The position numbers and the translations under genes were made by a program. A stretch of DNA of 47,952 nucleotides from Candidatus Omnitrophota bacterium (GTDB taxonomy: Bacteria > Omnitrophota > Gorgyraeia > Gygaellales > Profunditerraquicolaceae): positions 1 to 47,952 of the forward strand of contig JBHPDM010000005.1 in the NCBI GenBank assembly GCA_042577285.1. The letters run 5' to 3'. Every line of letters begins with the position of its first letter. Position 1 is the stretch's first letter. Below, piece by piece: positions 46,894-47,952 of the stretch. A model generated the notes under the pieces. That model had not been told where the DNA came from. It searched no databases and saw nothing but the letters and a program-made list of their open reading frames with translations.

Positions 46894-47952
46894 ATGAACA
46901 AAATAAATAAGAAACTTTTTTGGATATTTACCTTAAGCGGGGTGGTTTATTTTACCCAGGGTATAGAAGCATTGCCCTCCCAGGCGCTCTTTTATTATAT
47001 GAAGGAGACGTTGAAGTTTTCTCCCGAGAAGATCATGTTCTTGAGCAGCATCACGATCAGCGCGTGGCTAGTAAAGCCCTTCATCGGCTATGTCATAGAT
47101 AATTTCTTCAGTAAAAAGATCTGGATCTTCTTTTCAGTTGCCGCCGATATCATCACCTGTTTATTCTTAGGCTCTTTCAGTTTCCCGATCTTTACGATCA
47201 TCGCGCTGCTCTTGTTTAATTCGGCAAATTCAGCCTTCAGGGATGTGAGTGTTGACGGGATCATGTGCGTGGAGGGCAAGATTCTCCACGCCACCGGAAA
47301 GATCCAGAGCGTACAGTGGATATCTATTTCTATCGCGGGGCTTTTTACCGGCATCGGAGGCGGAGTTATCGCCGAGAAGTGGGGCTACAAGGCCGGTTTC
47401 TTATTGTTGATACCGGTTTATCTAACAGTCGCCCTGGTCGCTCATCTTTACCGGGAGAAGAGCCCTCAAGGGCCTCAAAAGAGATCTTCCTTAAAAAGCG
47501 ACATGAAGAGGTTGTTCTCCGATAAAAAACTGCTCTATGTGGGTGTTTTTATTTTTCTCTATAAATTTTCCCCCTCTTTTGGCACGCCGCTTTTGTTTAT
47601 CCAGAGGGATGCCTTTAAGTGGGGCAAGATCTGGATCGGCACCCTTTCGACGATAAGTACACTTTTTGGGGTGGCCGGAGCGCTTCTATATTATCGCTTC
47701 AGCACAAAGATAAACATCAAAAAATGGCTTTATTACTCGGTATTCTTAGGGGCGGTGGTTACTTTAAGCTACCTTTATTATACACCGGCAACCGCAGTGG
47801 CGTATCACATCATCTACAGCTTTATCGGCATGTTCGTCTTTTTAATGGTGATGGATTTTATGGCGCGCAATACCGCGACCGGCCTTGAGGCTACATCCTT
47901 TGCCCTGCTTTGCAGTTTCAGTAATCTTGCGCTGGTTTCAAGCAGCCTCTCC
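46894..47952 (+). CDS. MFS transporter, BT1/folate-biopterin transporter-like (3' end outside window; missing from the ORF track)
   Basis: Manual translation MNKINKKLFWIFTLSGVVYFTQGIEALPSQALFYYMKETLKFSPEK...AWLVKPFIGYVID...RDVSVDGIM...FSPSFGTPLLF; no stop seen before the window end. Confidence 0.85.
   Translation, partial: MNKINKKLFWIFTLSGVVYFTQGIEALPSQALFYYMKETLKFSPEKIMFLSSITISAWLVKPFIGYVIDNFFSKKIWIFFSVAADIITCLFLGSFSFPIFTIIALLLFNSANSAFRDVSVDGIMCVEGKILHATGKIQSVQWISISIAGLFTGIGGGVIAEKWGYKAGFLLLIPVYLTVALVAHLYREKSPQGPQKRSSLKSDMKRLFSDKKLLYVGVFIFLYKFSPSFGTPLLFIQRDAFKWGKIWIGTLSTISTLFGVAGALLYYRFSTKINIKKWLYYSVFLGAVVTLSYLYYTPATAVAYHIIYSFIGMFVFLMVMDFMARNTATGLEATSFALLCSFSNLALVSSSLS

Noticed and set aside
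46920-47888. Track ORFs 46920-47102, 47088-47354, 47265-47525 and 47619-47888
   Set aside because: Alternative frames of the real MFS gene that starts at 46894 and runs off the window.

Overview
Bacterial chromosomal window with all credible genes on the + strand, from a diderm organism. Gene order and style would fit Ca. Omnitrophota or a similar uncultured lineage, but this is inference only. About 40 kb (<1-40636) is a very large cell-envelope glycan locus. It holds 8 extended-SDR nucleotide-sugar enzymes, 4 nucleotidyltransferases (RmlA, RfbF, ManC, one unassigned), GT2/GT4/GT9 glycosyltransferases, a WecA-type initiator fusion, 2 O-antigen-ligase-like proteins and 2 GT-C-like membrane proteins. 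It also holds tailoring enzymes (ATP-grasp, HAD, B12 radical SAM, methyltransferase, aminotransferase, carbamoyltransferase-SxtJ-SxtK) and a transglutaminase-TPR protein. Housekeeping genes follow: priA (helicase motifs degenerate), fmt, gap, pgk, tpiA, secG and a partial BT1-family MFS transporter. The best candidate for an undescribed system is the carbamoyltransferase-SxtJ-SxtK triad. Its 52-aa single-TM SxtK ends in FIYTLF, matching the DltX/MBOAT tyrosine acyl-shuttle motif, which suggests a trans-membrane carbamoylation relay. Other notable items are a plant/giant-virus-type rhamnose epimerase-reductase replacing RmlC/D, two SDRs with broken YxxxK motifs, a GT2 pseudogene scar at the edge of an AT-rich, GATC-poor block, and a pseudohelicase PriA. 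No rRNA, tRNA, CRISPR array or mobile element was recognised. All family assignments are by motif recognition from memory; no database search was run.
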